From Lingula anatina (Eukaryota > Animalia > Brachiopoda), in assembly GCA_051362555.1 (NCBI GenBank), contig CM120644.1, forward strand, positions 17,010,534-17,074,533: DNA of 64,000 bases, given 5' to 3'. The notes under the pieces were generated by a model that worked only from the letters and a program-made list of their open reading frames with translations, was not told the origin of the DNA and did no database searches. Each line of letters starts with the position of its first letter. Positions within the stretch are counted from its first letter, which is position 1. Shown in pieces: positions 1 through 14,800 of this stretch. The position numbers and the translations under genes were made by a program.

Positions 1-136
1 AACATCTTGGGCCAAAGCTTTCGAGTGTAAGTAATAGGGCCTTCCAGATGTGGAAAGAGTCGTAATGCGGTTCGATTTTTAAGAATGATGACCACCAGAT
101 GTGTAACAGAAATGCAATAGTGAGAGCGAACATATA

Positions 137-346
137 GACCCCATTCCCATAGAATTTATATAGATCTATCCCTGTGGGGAGTCTCACTAGATTACTGTCA
201 GCTTAGCCGGCTTAAGCGACGTCTGTCCCGCCTACTAAAAGCTGTAAGGGGGTAATTAACTATGGTGCGCGCACGGCTGACTGCAATTTAGCCTGAACCC
301 CCAGGGAGTTAGGTCGATCTAAATCTTAATCTCTGGGAATACACCC
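137..346. mobile_element. Degenerate MITE, probably PIF/Harbinger family
   Basis: Imperfect termini gaccccattcccat ... ctctgggaatacaccc; the interior aligns patchily, in inverted orientation, with 690-915. Confidence 0.4.
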
Positions 347-471
347 GTAGGGCCTACGGGCTGAAGATTATTTCCACCAACACCCTAACCCCCCTCCAAC
401 CCCTACCCCACTCCCGTCCAAACCAACTTTCCTTTTTGTCATATCGAGATTGGATCTGAAGGGAAAACTAA

Positions 472-915
472 GACTGGGTTCCCATATCTAAGGGACCGTT
501 CACATGGAAAGTCTATTTTCTAAAAATCTATTTTCTTTTCGCGGTATCTTGTGATCACGCTCTGTGCCCTGAATATCCCGCGGCGTAATTACTGGCAGCG
601 CGAGCCAGTTACTTCCGTGATCACAAGATACCGCAAATAGAAAATAGATTTTTAGAAAATAGACTTTCCATGCGAACGGTCCCTAAATCGATCTTACAGC
701 GAGGATCGATCCATGTCCGAGGGGTTTCTCGCTATTTAAATTGGTTTTAGCTTAAGCTGCTTAGATGACTGGCACGCGTACTGAAGCTGCCAAACGATAA
801 TTAATTACTCCCTAGCATTTTTAGTAAGCCACTTAAGCTGATAGCAGTTTAGCGAGAATTCGCCTCAGAGATAGTTTGATCCACAGTTAGTACAATAGGG
901 TCTGGGAATGGTCCC
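472..915. mobile_element. Older degenerate MITE related to 137-346, carrying a younger nested MITE
   Basis: Ends gactgggttcccata ... tctgggaatggtccc; its reverse complement shares blocks (ccattccca, tcagctta, tactaaaa, gtaattaa) with 137-265. Confidence 0.4.
492..683. mobile_element. 192-bp Tourist-like (PIF/Harbinger) MITE
   Basis: ~68-bp near-perfect TIRs (GGGACCGTTCACATGGAAAGTC ... GACTTTCCATGCGAACGGTCCC) flanked by TAA at 489-491 and 684-686, the TWA target duplication typical of PIF/Harbinger. Confidence 0.8.
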
Positions 916-1575
916 TCAATTTGTCGTTGATGCTAGAAATGAAAAATGGTTCCGTATTTTATTAATTTCAGCAATTATATATGGGGCATGGTTTGTCATT
1001 TTTATTTTGATGCCAGTACGTCGATATAAATACTGACGAAAGACCGGGAGTCGCAAACGTTAAAAGCATAGTGCTTTGAACTTTAGAAAGGGTAAGGGTC
1101 TTCCTGACCCGAGATGCCGCTCTAGCTCCCAGCCATTATATTAATACCAGATGTGAAGGCAGTGAGGTAATGAGAACGAACGTAAATTGAAACCCCCAAC
1201 ACACACCACCAACACCACAATCACCCAAAACCTCTTTCTTCTTCATTTTAGGATTTGCACACAAATTGCCAGAAAGGTATTCATGGAATTTTCTACTGGG
1301 CCTAAGACGCCATTTTTTCTTTGGCCGGAAGTACCGTATTACGCCATTTTGCGGTTAGTCCTGTCGTTTCTTTAAAAGCCCGCCAGGATTGCCAGAATCT
1401 GCATTTTTCTGGGTATTTTACTGCTGTAGGTTAAACAAGTTACAACGTATGCACCAAACCAACAAAAGTGATTCACTGATACAGGATTAAATACCCCTAT
1501 TTAACACAGACTTGTTTTTAGCCGGATGGTTGTCAGAAAGTCTGTGAACCATCACGAAAAGTAAATCCATCTCAC

Positions 1576-1599
1576 CTTTCCAGGGTCTTCTTCCTCCAT
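1576..1599 (-). CDS. Probable first coding exon (MEEEDPGK) of a gene running off the left edge; possibly an RRM protein of hnRNP A/B / DAZAP1 / Musashi type
   Basis: ATG GAG GAA GAA GAC CCT GGA AAG followed by a strong donor GTGAGA, in a locally CpG-richer region. The peptide resembles N-termini that precede K-(L/M)F(V/I)GGL in such proteins, but only 8 codons are visible. Confidence 0.35.
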
Positions 1600-3664
1600 C
1601 GTGCAGTCGTATAGTTTGCTGTTCAGCTAGCAACAAGTTTCAAAACACTGAAAAGTTAGCACGAATCCACCAATATATCTAACACTACGACAAATGCCCG
1701 CCGCGCTGTTAAGCCGTTGTATTTAACAAAGGCTGGAGTACGCAGGCGTGTCATCTCAGGCCACGAATCCCGTGCCAATATAGGTCAGTTTAACAGCGTA
1801 TCAGTTAAGGTGGTTTAATGAGTTGGAAACTTGGAAATTGTTGATTTTCTTATTGATAAAACATGAATAGGAACCCCTAATGCAACTTGGTATTTGAAGA
1901 GCATTTTAGCGACAGTGTTAAAACATTGAAAATATATATGCCATAATCAGTTTTTTTTTTCAAATAATGTAAGAAGTTGACCTGAAATGCCTCATCTTTC
2001 CACAAGTGACACCAGACGACTTGAATTTAGGCTCCTGGGGCCGGTGTCATAAAAGAACAAATAATCATTTTGATCAAACTTTGTATTTAGTTTTGTCCTT
2101 AGATAAACAATTAAATCACCCACTTGAAAGTAATAATGTACTTAGATAATAATGAAGAATTCATAAATAATTTAGACCAAAAGATTTTAGCTAGGACTCA
2201 TATAAAAACACTATTAGTTTTTGTCTATTGGTCATAGTTTTTAGTGAATCATAAAGTCAGCAGGCTCAATATACTTATTCAAAAAAAAAAAAAAAAATTA
2301 CACTGCCCAATATAAAGGCAAGAGAAGCAAAATTTTCTGTCAAATTTTGTTGAAGTTAGATAATGGGTATTAAAAGTCCTCAAAAAATGCAGTGGAAAGA
2401 GATTCTAATGAAGGCAAAACTATGGACTTCTTTACCATGTAACAACCGGAACTGTATATAAATTCATTTATTTCGTAATCGTACATTCTTGAACAACAAT
2501 ACTCTTCACAAGCAGAAGTAGTCTACAAAAAGTGAAATAACTAAATAAATGAAAGTAAATTAAAAAACCTACACAAACTACTGCTTAGAGTAATGGTCAC
2601 AATAAATTTTTTGTATATAATTATAAGGAAATACACTCATTCTATTGGGTCCATGCAATGTATACTATATATCACCTCTGCTTAAGACCAGATAAAAGCA
2701 GTTATGAACTACTTTAAAGTTGACTGAATATACTCATATCTGACCAATTGTTGTATAATTCTGAATACTCTTAATGATTCTAATTGTTCATATTGAAAAA
2801 CCTATGCTTAAAAATAGAATAGAACAGCAATAATTTCACTTTTTAATCTTATCACGTGGCATGCAGTGGTCACATGCAGTGCAGGGGAGGAAGGAGAGAC
2901 GGTCTTCCTACACAATATCTATGTCAATATATTGTATACATTGTTGAATACAATATATCAATATGTGTATAAGTATGTTTAATGTATCAAAATATCAATA
3001 TTGGAAAAAAAAAGAAAAAGGAGGAAATTTCTTCTAAATCCAGAATTTTAAAGCAGGCAAAGACAGAAGCATCATTTCTCAGTCTAAAAAAGAGGCTGGC
3101 ACATCAGTAGTTGGTTATTGGATTTTTTAAAAAATGAATGCTACATTGTAATACCTTTTTCAAACATCTTTACCCTCCTCAATGCCAGTGTTATTCTTTT
3201 GCATCACTATGGCAAAGTTGTACCAAAGTTTTGCAGTGAAAGCAGTTTTTATAAACTTAATCTTGACAGAAACTTTGCATCTCAAATAGGTGAGCTGGGT
3301 GTAAAAGTTGTGCCAAAAGTATGCAGTGAAAGCACTTTTTCATAAACTGAATCCAGACAGATACTCCACATTTCAAATTGTTGAGCTGGGTGTAAAAATT
3401 CCATGATGCACATAAATCATCATTTTTGCCCAGAAAGAGACATCATTCTCACTGCATTTTTTCTCCTTTTTTTCTTTTTTCTCTCTCATTGTTCACATTA
3501 AAATTCACATGACGAAGATTCACTGTTGTCTTATTATAACCTTGGAGGTCCAGTACATGTAAATGAATGTGAAAAAAATTATATATACAAATAAATCTCC
3601 CTTGACTTTCCACAAAAAAGGAAAGTCCCCCAATCTCAAAATGTACTTTTTTCCCTAAGTGCAT

Positions 3665-6600
3665 TTATACTGTTTTTTGTCGGCTCAGATACAAAGCGTG
3701 ATGAGACACGACTTTTGCTGCGATCCTCCTTCCTGCTGCGGAGTTCATGTCACACACATTGAGTATAAAGCCAGTACTGAAATCATCCGGGAGCATCTTC
3801 AGTAATTGTGGCACCTGGGGAAGACAAGGAGAGAAATAAATGAAAGTGTGAATGAAAACTTATCTATTCTACAAAGTGATCACATTGGCTGATTTGTTTT
3901 ATTGCTTTATTTTGGCTAAACATCATAAAATTCTATTTTAATATAAATAATATAAACAAATGAAAAACGTGCACTTTGTCACAACATTCCTGACAATTTT
4001 TACATATTTCTTTTCAGATCTACATAATAAAAACATGCTTTTAACGTCAGGTTTCCAATTATGATGATCTGTTCCTACTTCCTGAACTAGGCAAAATAAC
4101 TGACAAATATTCAGACACCAATCAATAGTAACCATTGCCAAAATATTTACAAAATAAGAATAAATAAATAAAAAAAAAACTTTGTGTGTGAGTGTGTGTG
4201 GGATGGGGGGGGGGGGGGGGGGGGAGGGGGGGGCATACACCTACCATTGTTTTAGGCATAAACTGCAAAATAAACCTTGAGAAGTCTCCACCCACGTGTA
4301 TGGTCTCTTCCAGAAAAGACAGCACAAAGCCCGTCTTTGGACTAATACAGCTGTCTGTGACTATGTCTGTAAATAACTGGAACAGGGCAGCTGAAAGATA
4401 TGGAAAATATGGAAGTGTTACTTAGGGATGATGTCCTCTTTCTTCTTCTATATCATTTTTTAAATTTTATTTACTTGGAGAGGTTCTGTGTCTATATATA
4501 TGCTGAGATGAGTATTTTGACAAAAGACCTTTTGTAGCTAGATGCTGCCACATTGACCTCTTGTTTGCTGAAAAGCTTGCTCTCCAGATAACAAAAGAAT
4601 GCTGGAGAGCAAAACCTCTTCAGTAAACAAAAGAAGTCTACATCTAGCTGCAAAAGGCCTTAATTAAAGCACATCAAATGCATTTTAATAAAACTACCAC
4701 AGATACGAATATGTAAGAAAATTAAAAATTAAGAAAATTAAAAATTAAAATTAAAAATTTTTAATCTGCAAGTCCTATGCTTTATCATCTGTTGATTGTA
4801 ACTCATTCTTTACCTAGTGCTTTGTTCAAAGGATCTTTGACATCATAGGTCGGACTGCTTGGTGTCTCTTCTCTGTTATAAATTAAATCTGGAATGAACG
4901 TACAGGATTTAGGTATTGAAATAATAAGCTGTGCATTATTCATCATTAAATATATTGTCAGAATTAGGGAGTAAAATGACTTGAATGACAGGGGAAGAAC
5001 CAAAAATTAATTCTGAAAGAATGAAAGCATCTTAATGCACAAAACTTTCTTAAGAACATGCAAGCATCCAAATGCAATTGGGAACCTAATTAGGCAAAAC
5101 TATTGAAATGTCCAGACAGGGTGGAAAAAGGAAAATAAATGCAATAAAACATGACCATCAACCTAAATTGAACCCCTCTGCATCAAGTGTTATTTGCTGA
5201 TGGGCCTCGTCTTGGGTCTTTCTTATTTTGGAAGGTCTTGCTTCTCCAGTGCCAAATTCTATGTCCTGAAACATTCATTAAAATATGCTGAAAAAATCAA
5301 TATATATGGTACACCTGTTGTTAATCATAAGTGAAGTGCTAAATCTTTGAAAGTTCAATCTTTTATTTAAAAAAAGATGAATCAAATTTATGGTACATAT
5401 CATTTAGAACTTTAAAAATGTAATTTTTGGACAGGGTGTTCTTTATTTCTCACCTCAATTTCGACCTCTCTTCTTGAACGCTTCTTTCCGCCTGATTTCA
5501 TTGGAGATGAAGGAACTGAATAGAAAAAATAAAATAAACTAAAGAAGGAGTACAAACCAGAAAATATGGCCACTTTTTTTTCTCTTTTTAACAATTCTCT
5601 GTTGTACGGTTGAAGAAACAACTGAAAAGTAACCACTGGCATCTGACACAGGACAGATATTCAGTCTTTCTCAATTGAATCAAAATGCCACACTGTTTCC
5701 TAAAAACAAAGAATCATTACAATTGTGACAATGAATTGTTTTTCCTATAAGGATATTTATTTTATCTTTCTAACTATTATTTTATCTTTTTGGCAATGCC
5801 AAATTTTTAGTGGTCCAGGAATGCAGTTATCAGTTCAGAACTAAAAAGCACTAATTTGTTCATTCAAGGCCATCAAATAAAAAGTAAAGTCCATTCGAGA
5901 GAAAAATTAAACTTTACAAACTTGACAGTAAAAGTTACCAACATGCCCTTTTCAGGACCAGCAATCTCACCTCTTGGGAACCCTTTCATAGTATGTGTTG
6001 CCCCTATGCAAAAAACGCAGAGTCTGATCAAAGCTCTTCCTCGGGGGTCCACTATCCCAGGCTTGAATGACATCCCCTGAAGAATCTGTGGCAGGGTGCT
6101 GTGGAGGAGGCTCAAAGTCAGCTGATCCATGTCGATGAAGAAAATGGCAGACACAAGTGCAACGGCGTGCTCGAGTTCTTCCACGCGTGTGAACTGTAGC
6201 ATTTCCTACCAAAATATGAAATGGGTGATCAAAAGTGGTGCAAGTGATTCATCCTTAATAAATAAATACTTTTTTTGCGTTAAAAAATCAATAAACTAAT
6301 AAATGTATTTAACTGATAAATTGCTAAAAAAAATGTTAAATTAAGTTGGAAAAATCTGGTTCAATAGATACAGGCATATACTTTTTTCATTCCTACCCCC
6401 CCCCCCCCCCCCTTTTGTTCACATTATATGGTGATTGATCCATCAGCAACTAGTAAAATTCACATGCTGAGGATTTACTGTTGTTTCATTATAACATTAT
6501 AGGTCAACTGAATATAATCAGATATCTATAAAATCAATATACTTAAAATTAAAATAAAAAAGCAATTATCAGATTGCAATCCTTTTACCCTATTTACCTT

Positions 6601-8787
6601 GACTAGTGTTTCACAGAACCACTCGGCACCCCCAGTACAGTACAGCTGCTCTAAATCATGCAGAGCCTGAATACTGAGCCAACCTTTACGATAACTGGCC
6701 AGGAATGTCTGCTTCAAGGTCGCGTGAAGGTCAGATTTACCAGACAAGCTGGTTTTGTTAGTCGTTGCTGGGAGTAAGTCCGCGGCCATCTTGAGGATAA
6801 TGTTATTCATGAGAGTGGATCTGAATTGGAAGATCATGAATCAATATTTAAGAATTATCAAATATAACGAATTGGTTATTTGACTATAGAGAAATACAAA
6901 TAGATGAGCACTATATAATTCACTGACACTATATAATTCAGCAACTTAAAGTCCAAATTAGTCCAAAGTTTTTGACTGAATCAACAGTTTATAGATATAA
7001 ATGATAAGAGATAATATTACATTTGTAATGTGTATTAGAAGAAATGAAACTCAAAACAAATTTTAAAAAAATTAATAAATACAAAATAACCTAAAATAAA
7101 TTACAACACTAGCTAAGCCACATCGCAGAATGAACATCTCTGAAGTCCCACAAAATCCTAACCTTTCACTATAATACTGATTGGCAGTATCTGGTGTCTG
7201 GGAGTGAACCACGGGCTGCTGTAACATATCTATCATCTGGAGAGGTTTCATTCTGGCTGAACTGTTCAGAGAACTGATGTGTGTACACAGCCATGAAACC
7301 ACCACCACTGGGAGACAACACAGCTTGGACTTGATGTTACCCATCATTGTCTGAAAATTATTAACATATAATGTGTATATTCAATATGATTTTATACTTA
7401 TTGTTATTATTTTTAATCTATTTCTGGGCCTTCGATGAGCATCAATAGGTGAATCCTACGGTGATGTTGCATCTTCATCCTCATGACAACCTCCCAAATT
7501 TAGTACACAAATAAAACAATTAATCAAACAATTTTTTTTCTATAAAAAAATGATAATCTTTACTTTTAACCCATATTTTTCTAGCGTACTTTAAAGAAGA
7601 CAAGTGCACATGATATGCCATTATTATCCAAAATCACAAATGACTAATGCTTGAGAATGCTAGTTGCTTTATTCCAGGCCACTTATTTGGATTTTTCTTG
7701 CATAGTTGAACACAAAAAAAGGTAGTCTTCAAGTTTTTAAGCTAAAATGTTGCTCACCCTGACAGTGTCTCTCATGATGGCCCCATGTTCCCAGGCGTAC
7801 AACACCTCCTGCACCATGAAGGGAATGTTATTACACACGTCCTGCCACTTGGTATGGCTGGAATGAAAAAGTTATTGCATATTCAGCTTCTATTATGATT
7901 ACTTAAATGCTTTAACAGAATTTGTGGCTTGGCAAAAATGACAGTATGACAGAAACAACAATTTACACAAATGCAAATATTAACTAATCAAATGATTTTT
8001 AATTACTAAAGCTTTGCAACACCATTTTGGGTCTTCAACACAACTAAAAGGTTAAATCTAAATGCTGATCTATCAGGTCTTAAGCTTTAAACAATCTTTT
8101 CATTTCAATTTTTAAAGGTAGGGGGCATTGTCCAGAAAAGGGGTTATTCAGGGTCAAATGAGGGGGGGGGGGGGTCTTCAAATCCTTCACCTGCACCCTG
8201 AGTCCCCTACCTTGTTTTCAGCTCCCCTCCAGCATTAAACTGCTGCAGCAGGGACTCCACTTTCAGGGGGTCTGGCTGAAAGCTGTTGTTGTCCAGGCAT
8301 TTGGCTTTCCCATCCTCCGGCAGACAGCGCTTCACCCACTGCGCAAAGAACGAGTCCGAACATTCTATGTTGGAGCTGATTATCTGTGTATTGAAAATGT
8401 TATGAATATAAATATGAAAAAAATTCTATTTAAATGTGCGTACATAATATATAAATAGAATGAACAAAAAAATTAAAAACATTTAATTTTTCTCATGTTA
8501 AAAAAAAATATCCGTAAACCAAAGTGTCAATCAAAATGTCCATATATGACAGTCACTTTGAAGCAAAAAGTAGGTTACCCAGGTACAAATGGGGCAAGTT
8601 ATTAATTTTGAGACTTGATATTTGAGAAAAACAAAGTAACTTCTGTCGGTTTACATTTGACAAATGTGCCATTTAATTTCATGTTCACTCCAATCTTGAA
8701 ACAAAATACTCAGTGAAACCAATAACTTAGACATAGACTTCAGTGAAATATTTTCCTTATTTCCCTTCCAAAATTGAGAGAGAAATT

Positions 8788-8850
<63 letters not shown>

Positions 8851-11800
8851 GGGAAGTGGGGGGGGGGGGGGGGGGGGAGGGAGAAAAGGCCACCCAGACC
8901 TACCTCAGATCCATATAACTGTGCTATGTGACACACCATCAGGAAGGTGATATCAAACAAGAGAGCTGTCGTCTGCGCGGCCTGGTCTGTGTCGCCACTC
9001 GCCTGCTTGGCAAACTCGTTAAACCTGGAACACAAAAACAAGCAGATAGGAAATAAATAAATCAATGTAGGAGATAAATCAATATTTTTCCTATGCGTCT
9101 GGTTTATATACAGCATAGATATGTGGTTTACTTGATACAGGTTAGATATTTTTTTCCACAATAAATCTTCTTATGACCCTAAAGCCATTACAATGAAATC
9201 CCACAAGCCCCCCTCTCCCCTTACAATAAAATTGAGGACCATATGTAAGATAAGTGTATATACTTAACATGTTTAATCCACTCTAAATAAAGTTTATTAC
9301 CATCAATATTATTACAAATAGGTCCATAAACTGTTTCAAAAAATAAAAACAAGATTTCAACACTCACTTTATCATTTTCATAGCAAAACTCTGCAGTTTC
9401 CCTGTGGCAGCTGCAGCAGCAAGTATCAGTTCAAAACTTCTCCCAGATAACATGTGGAACAGTATACCCAGTAGAGATTCTTGGCTCTTGGAGTAGTCAG
9501 CGTCCAAAGTCTGGTTATAACAAATAAATACATAAATATGTCTAGTTTCAACAATTTTAAAGTGAATAATAGGCCTACCATCTCAGTAACTGAACAATTC
9601 TGCACATATGGCACCTGAGGAGCAAAAAAAAAAATCTGCCAGATAAAAGTCTGTATAATGATGATCATGTCTGAAATAAACCAATGCACTATGTCATGAT
9701 TTGCAAACATTGTATCTATCGGTTATGGCTGTATTAGTTTCTGCTGGATATAAAAAAAAATTCCACTAAAGTCTGGCAATCAAAATGAAGCTTGGCAATT
9801 AAAACAGCTTGAAAGCATAGGGACAGTCGGTCATCCGGGCACTTTACCTTAGTAACCGGCATCTGGGGTAAAACAAATCGGGCAACATGGCGGATCGCAT
9901 TGACTTCTATGTAAAAGTTGGCAGGCTTTATCCGAAGATATCATACTCCACAGTGCCTGACCACTTGTGTCAGTGAGGATGAGTTATTTACCTGGTTGAT
10001 TTCCTTTACAGGCTTTTGTAATTAGCTGCTGCACACCTGGTTAAGAGATAAAATCGGCCTTAACTGCCGATCGTTATCTGTGATCAGGAATCTTACAGTA
10101 GGAGATTGCAAAGACTCATTTGCTTACCTGGATGAGCATAATATTCACATCTCATTGAAAAGAAAACCATATGGAAGCAACTGATATTATCAAGGAAGGT
10201 TTCAATTGTACTAATAACTGTTGACGTTGCATATTGCTGACACATATGACGGGTACATTTTGCAGGTCTACTGAAGTGAACCGGTACTTTTTAACTCTCA
10301 GGCACGTACAAAAGTTAAATGGTGGAAGCTTGCTGTGTACCAGGTGACACTACCAACACATTAATAAAATCTAATGGGATTTGTTAAATTTCAAAGATCA
10401 ACGGAAAAGTAAACGACTGTTGCAGGCTATAGGTCGTGCAAACGTGACTACTGAGTAAAGACGAGATTGTTGATCGAAACAAGATTTGGTCGTAGCTATA
10501 CATGCACTACAAGATTTGTGTATGTGTGTATAGTTCATTTTATTATAGATAAGAGAAAGTCATTGTACCTTGTTTGGTATTTATGTTTTTCATTTGTTAC
10601 AGAAATTAGTTAGTACATGTAGTAGTTACAAGAAATTGAGATTGCATCTTGTTTTGGCATGTGTGACGGTATATCAATTCTTATAGTTAAAATTAATGGG
10701 CTATAATGTCAAACTTTTTTGTTGTAAGTTAATTGATGGCGTCATAAAGGTAAGAAAAAATATGTACGTCAGCATATTGACAAACCTGTGAGGTAATGTC
10801 TAAATCTTTAAGTTATCAAAGTAAAATTTTTAAAAAGTTGCCATAGATAAAGCGACCTTAACTGTTAAAATAACATACAGCTTTATTGCCGTGTTTGTTA
10901 TTCAATTTAATTTTAATCTTGTACGTTTTGAAACTTAACGTTCTGTCTTCCATGATATTTCGCCCGAAAAGTGCACAATAAGATTGTAAACACTCACATG
11001 ACGCGTAGCTGCCAATATTAATACAGGTAACACAACGTGTCTTCTCTTCCAAAAAGTTGGCAAGCAACTGTTTATGCTGTCCTTCCAGGCTTGCATTAAT
11101 ATACATATGAACTGTATACAGACCAAAGAGGCCATGGGACCGATGACATTGCCCCTATCCCGTTCCCCAGGCTATTGCAGCAGCAGGTGATTTAATCACA
11201 ATTTGTAGAAATCTTATTCTAATAACATCTCAGTGTTGCACATTTCCCAGGCCTTTCTTACGATCCACGTTCTAAGAAGCCATTCCTATTTCACTTCCAG
11301 TACCTCATGTACATGTACAGGTACTTATTGTGGACATTTGCGTATGCAATTAAGACCAACTTTATCCCGTAACAAGTTAAACAGTAGCTTATTACAAAGG
11401 CCTGCTAACTCAATAGTCCAGGTAAATGATTCAACGCGCCAGACACAAAAGGTCAAGCACTGCCTTTGCAAAATATCTTCTGCTGTAAAATTCCCGATCA
11501 CAGATAACGATCGGCAGTTATATTAAGGACGATTTTATCTCTTAACCAGGTGTGCAGCGGCTAATTACAAAAGCCTGTAAAGGAAATCAACCAGGTAAAT
11601 AACTCATCCTCACTGACACAAGTGGTCAAGCACTGTGAAGTATGATATCTTCGGACAAAGTCTGCCAACTTTTACATAGAAGTCAATGCGATCCGCCATG
11701 TTGCCCGATTTGTTTTACCCCAGATGCCGGTTGCTAAGGCGTGTGACGTCAGCCCGACTGTCCCTATGCCATTATTTCACTACAAACATTAACTAACTAA

Positions 11801-14800
11801 TAATTAATAACATGAAAGTGCTTTCTGTATAGCAAAAATATTACACAAAAAATGCATGCAAGAAGTCATTATTGTAAGGTAAGGGTCTGCTCTTGACAAC
11901 ACTAGGCATCACATTAAATCTACTTCAGTTAGTCCTATCATGCAGCTTAAATGTTACGATAGATTACACTACCAAACTTTGGATAGATGGCACTACAAGA
12001 TAGGACCAACTCACTCCTTTTAACTTATATAACATTGGTGAAGGATGATAACTTTCTGAAGTTAAAATAACTGCAACAAAATAGTTAACTACCAAGTGTA
12101 TCACTCCAATGCAGACTCATACCAATAGATAAAACTAGCTATTAAGACCAGAGGGTGAACAGAAAAGACAAACAGAAAAGTTTTACTTCAAGGAAGCATT
12201 TTGCCTGTACCAAGTTAATAAGCCAACTCTCCCACCCCCTCCCGTCCCTTACTCTGGCCTCCACCCACCACCCCTATCCCTAGAGAAAACAAAATTTGTC
12301 CACAACTTACAGAATTTTATCTATCATATTTATAGTATGTAAGTTCATTATGTAGCAGTGCCCAGACTGAACTGAAGGCAAAACCTCCCCTCCTCGAGCT
12401 GAGATTTCTGAGAAAACAGCACAACGATACAATAAAGTAGCTTTACATGAAGACCTATCATTAAGCCAAACCCTGAGAATGTATATTGTGACCCTTCATC
12501 CCCCCTCTACCACAAATCTATTCTACAGCACACAAAAGCACACTGATACAGTAAGCTAGCATCACCCAAAGGACATCATAGTGCCATACTCTGAGTACAC
12601 TCACACCACAACCCTCCAACCCCCCCCCCACCCCCACCCCCCACTTCAAATCTATTCCACTGCATACACACAGCACACTGATACAGTAAGCTAGCATCAC
12701 CTGAAGGATATTATATAGCTGTACCTTGAGTATGCTAGCCACAGTGGGCTCAGCTCTCAAGATGAGGCTAGCACTGGGTTGCTGGTTTTGTTGGACAGGC
12801 GTCTTTGGCTTCTGGGTGTCCTTCATCCTAAGAACAAGAAGGTAAAAAAATCATCAATTCCAAGTTTTCACCAGATTCAATGTTTTTACTCTAAATTTGG
12901 GATATTTTGTTTATAACTTATTTGAAAAATCATTTGGTGGACTTTACTGATATTAAATGTCATCGTGAAGTCCTTTGTAGAGATTTAGCAATGAAATATA
13001 CATCAAAATGTTGTAAAACCATTGAAAGGTTTTTTGCACACCCCCCCCCTCCCTGATCACACTTCATCCACCAAAACCCCAGTTTTACAACAGGAATCTG
13101 CTTACCGTCTGGCCAACAACTTTTTACACTGGGCGTCTGACAGCAAACCGTGTGTACACAGCTTTTTCAGGAACAAACTCAAACAGTCACAACTGAAAGA
13201 AAATAAAAATAGCAGATTTATTTTACAAATTACTGGAAACTATTTCTGGTGTCATGCATATGGCACATCTTATCACGTTTGTGCGAGGAAAACTTTACTC
13301 CACTTATAAAATTGTTTTTATAAATCACTTCAAATGTGTTTTTTCTTCTTATTTTGTTGAGTTCATTAAGTACATTAACAATCTGGGGTAGCGTTAACAC
13401 TCGCCAATTTAGCCAAATGCTAAAACTGACTTAAATTGGCTAAAGAAAAAGGGCTTAATTTGACATGTTTTAGCCAAATTATAACCATTTTGGTAACAAA
13501 TTGACAGATATGTGGTAATTTGGCTAATATTTCAAATGTTGAGTTGAACCAGAAATACAAGATAGAATAAACTCACTTGCACTTGGAATCTGTTAAGTCC
13601 AGTAGGGGAACGTAATTAAGGAATTTCTCAAATGCTGTCTCTAAATCTTTACTGCAGTCCCGTAGTGGAGACTTCTGGGAAAACTTGGCAAACAAGAGGG
13701 GCAGCTAAAGATGTGCAAATATAGAAATGTAACAGTTTAAACTCATCAACTGGTGCAAAAAAAATATCACTTTTATGACACATGACATTCATTCTCATTT
13801 CTTCCCCAATTTCCATATTTTTGTTATTCATTCTCCTTCATTTCAATTTACATATTCAAGAGTATGAACAATATGTGATAATAAGATTTTAACATGTGGA
13901 TGCAAATTGAGCAAGAGATCTCAGGGCCACAAGGTTCCATAAAAAAAAAAAACATGAAAAAAACACATGCAAAAAAAACCTGCAAAACTTCATAGCTAGG
14001 ATACTATAATAAACCAATACAAAAATATAATAAAAATAAATAAATAAATAAATATATATATTTATTAATAAATACCTTAAGATAAGTGAAAGCAGCCCAC
14101 TTCAACTCCTCTGTTCCATCTTTAGAGTCTATCATCCCCATGAAACATGCTCGCAATATCAGGCAGTAGAGGTCTGTACGCTCTACCTTCTACAATGATA
14201 AAGATTTCACTTAATTTTAAAGGAGGAAAGTTATAATTTTGTGACTTATTGGGTGATGAAATTCATTTGGCTACATTAGAAATGCTATAACGATGACAGC
14301 AACATTGGAGACACTTAACTGGAGTCAGAGCAATTCTGTTTTGTCCATTCCTCACAAACAAGTCCAAGCATTATCATATGACCGCATAGCATTGTTCAGA
14401 CTCAAATATTCAAACTTCCTTAAAGGATAAACTTTACTTCCATTGTTGAAGAGTATTAAATCATTTTGACCAAGTCTACTCACCTTATGATTAAGTAAGA
14501 CTAATTAATTTTGGCAACAGAAGAATTTTATTAACAATAGCGTCAATAATGAGTTCAACAGCTAAATCTACCTTTTTGGTTTCTAACATATTTCCCTTTA
14601 ACTTTTTTTTTCTCCAAAGAAGCAACAGAAAACAGTTTGTGAATTTCACTCCATTTTACCTTGGCTCGTTCCAACAAAATCAACTGCTCCATGATAGGAC
14701 GCACATCATTGGTCGGATTGAGAACTGCCTCGATGTTTAGCATGACGCTGACTGTGCTCAGGACTGATCTTGTTGTCATGGAAACAGATGGTTGCGAGGT

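Noticed and set aside
44-1185. Recurring ccagatgtg motif (44, 95, 1147) as H/ACA snoRNA ends
   Set aside because: No supporting hairpin-hinge-hairpin structure found by eye; equally explained as E-box-like or chance matches.
12515-12735. ~130-bp local duplication next to a MED24 donor as an alternative exon
   Set aside because: The duplicate is degenerate and lacks an intact exon and donor.
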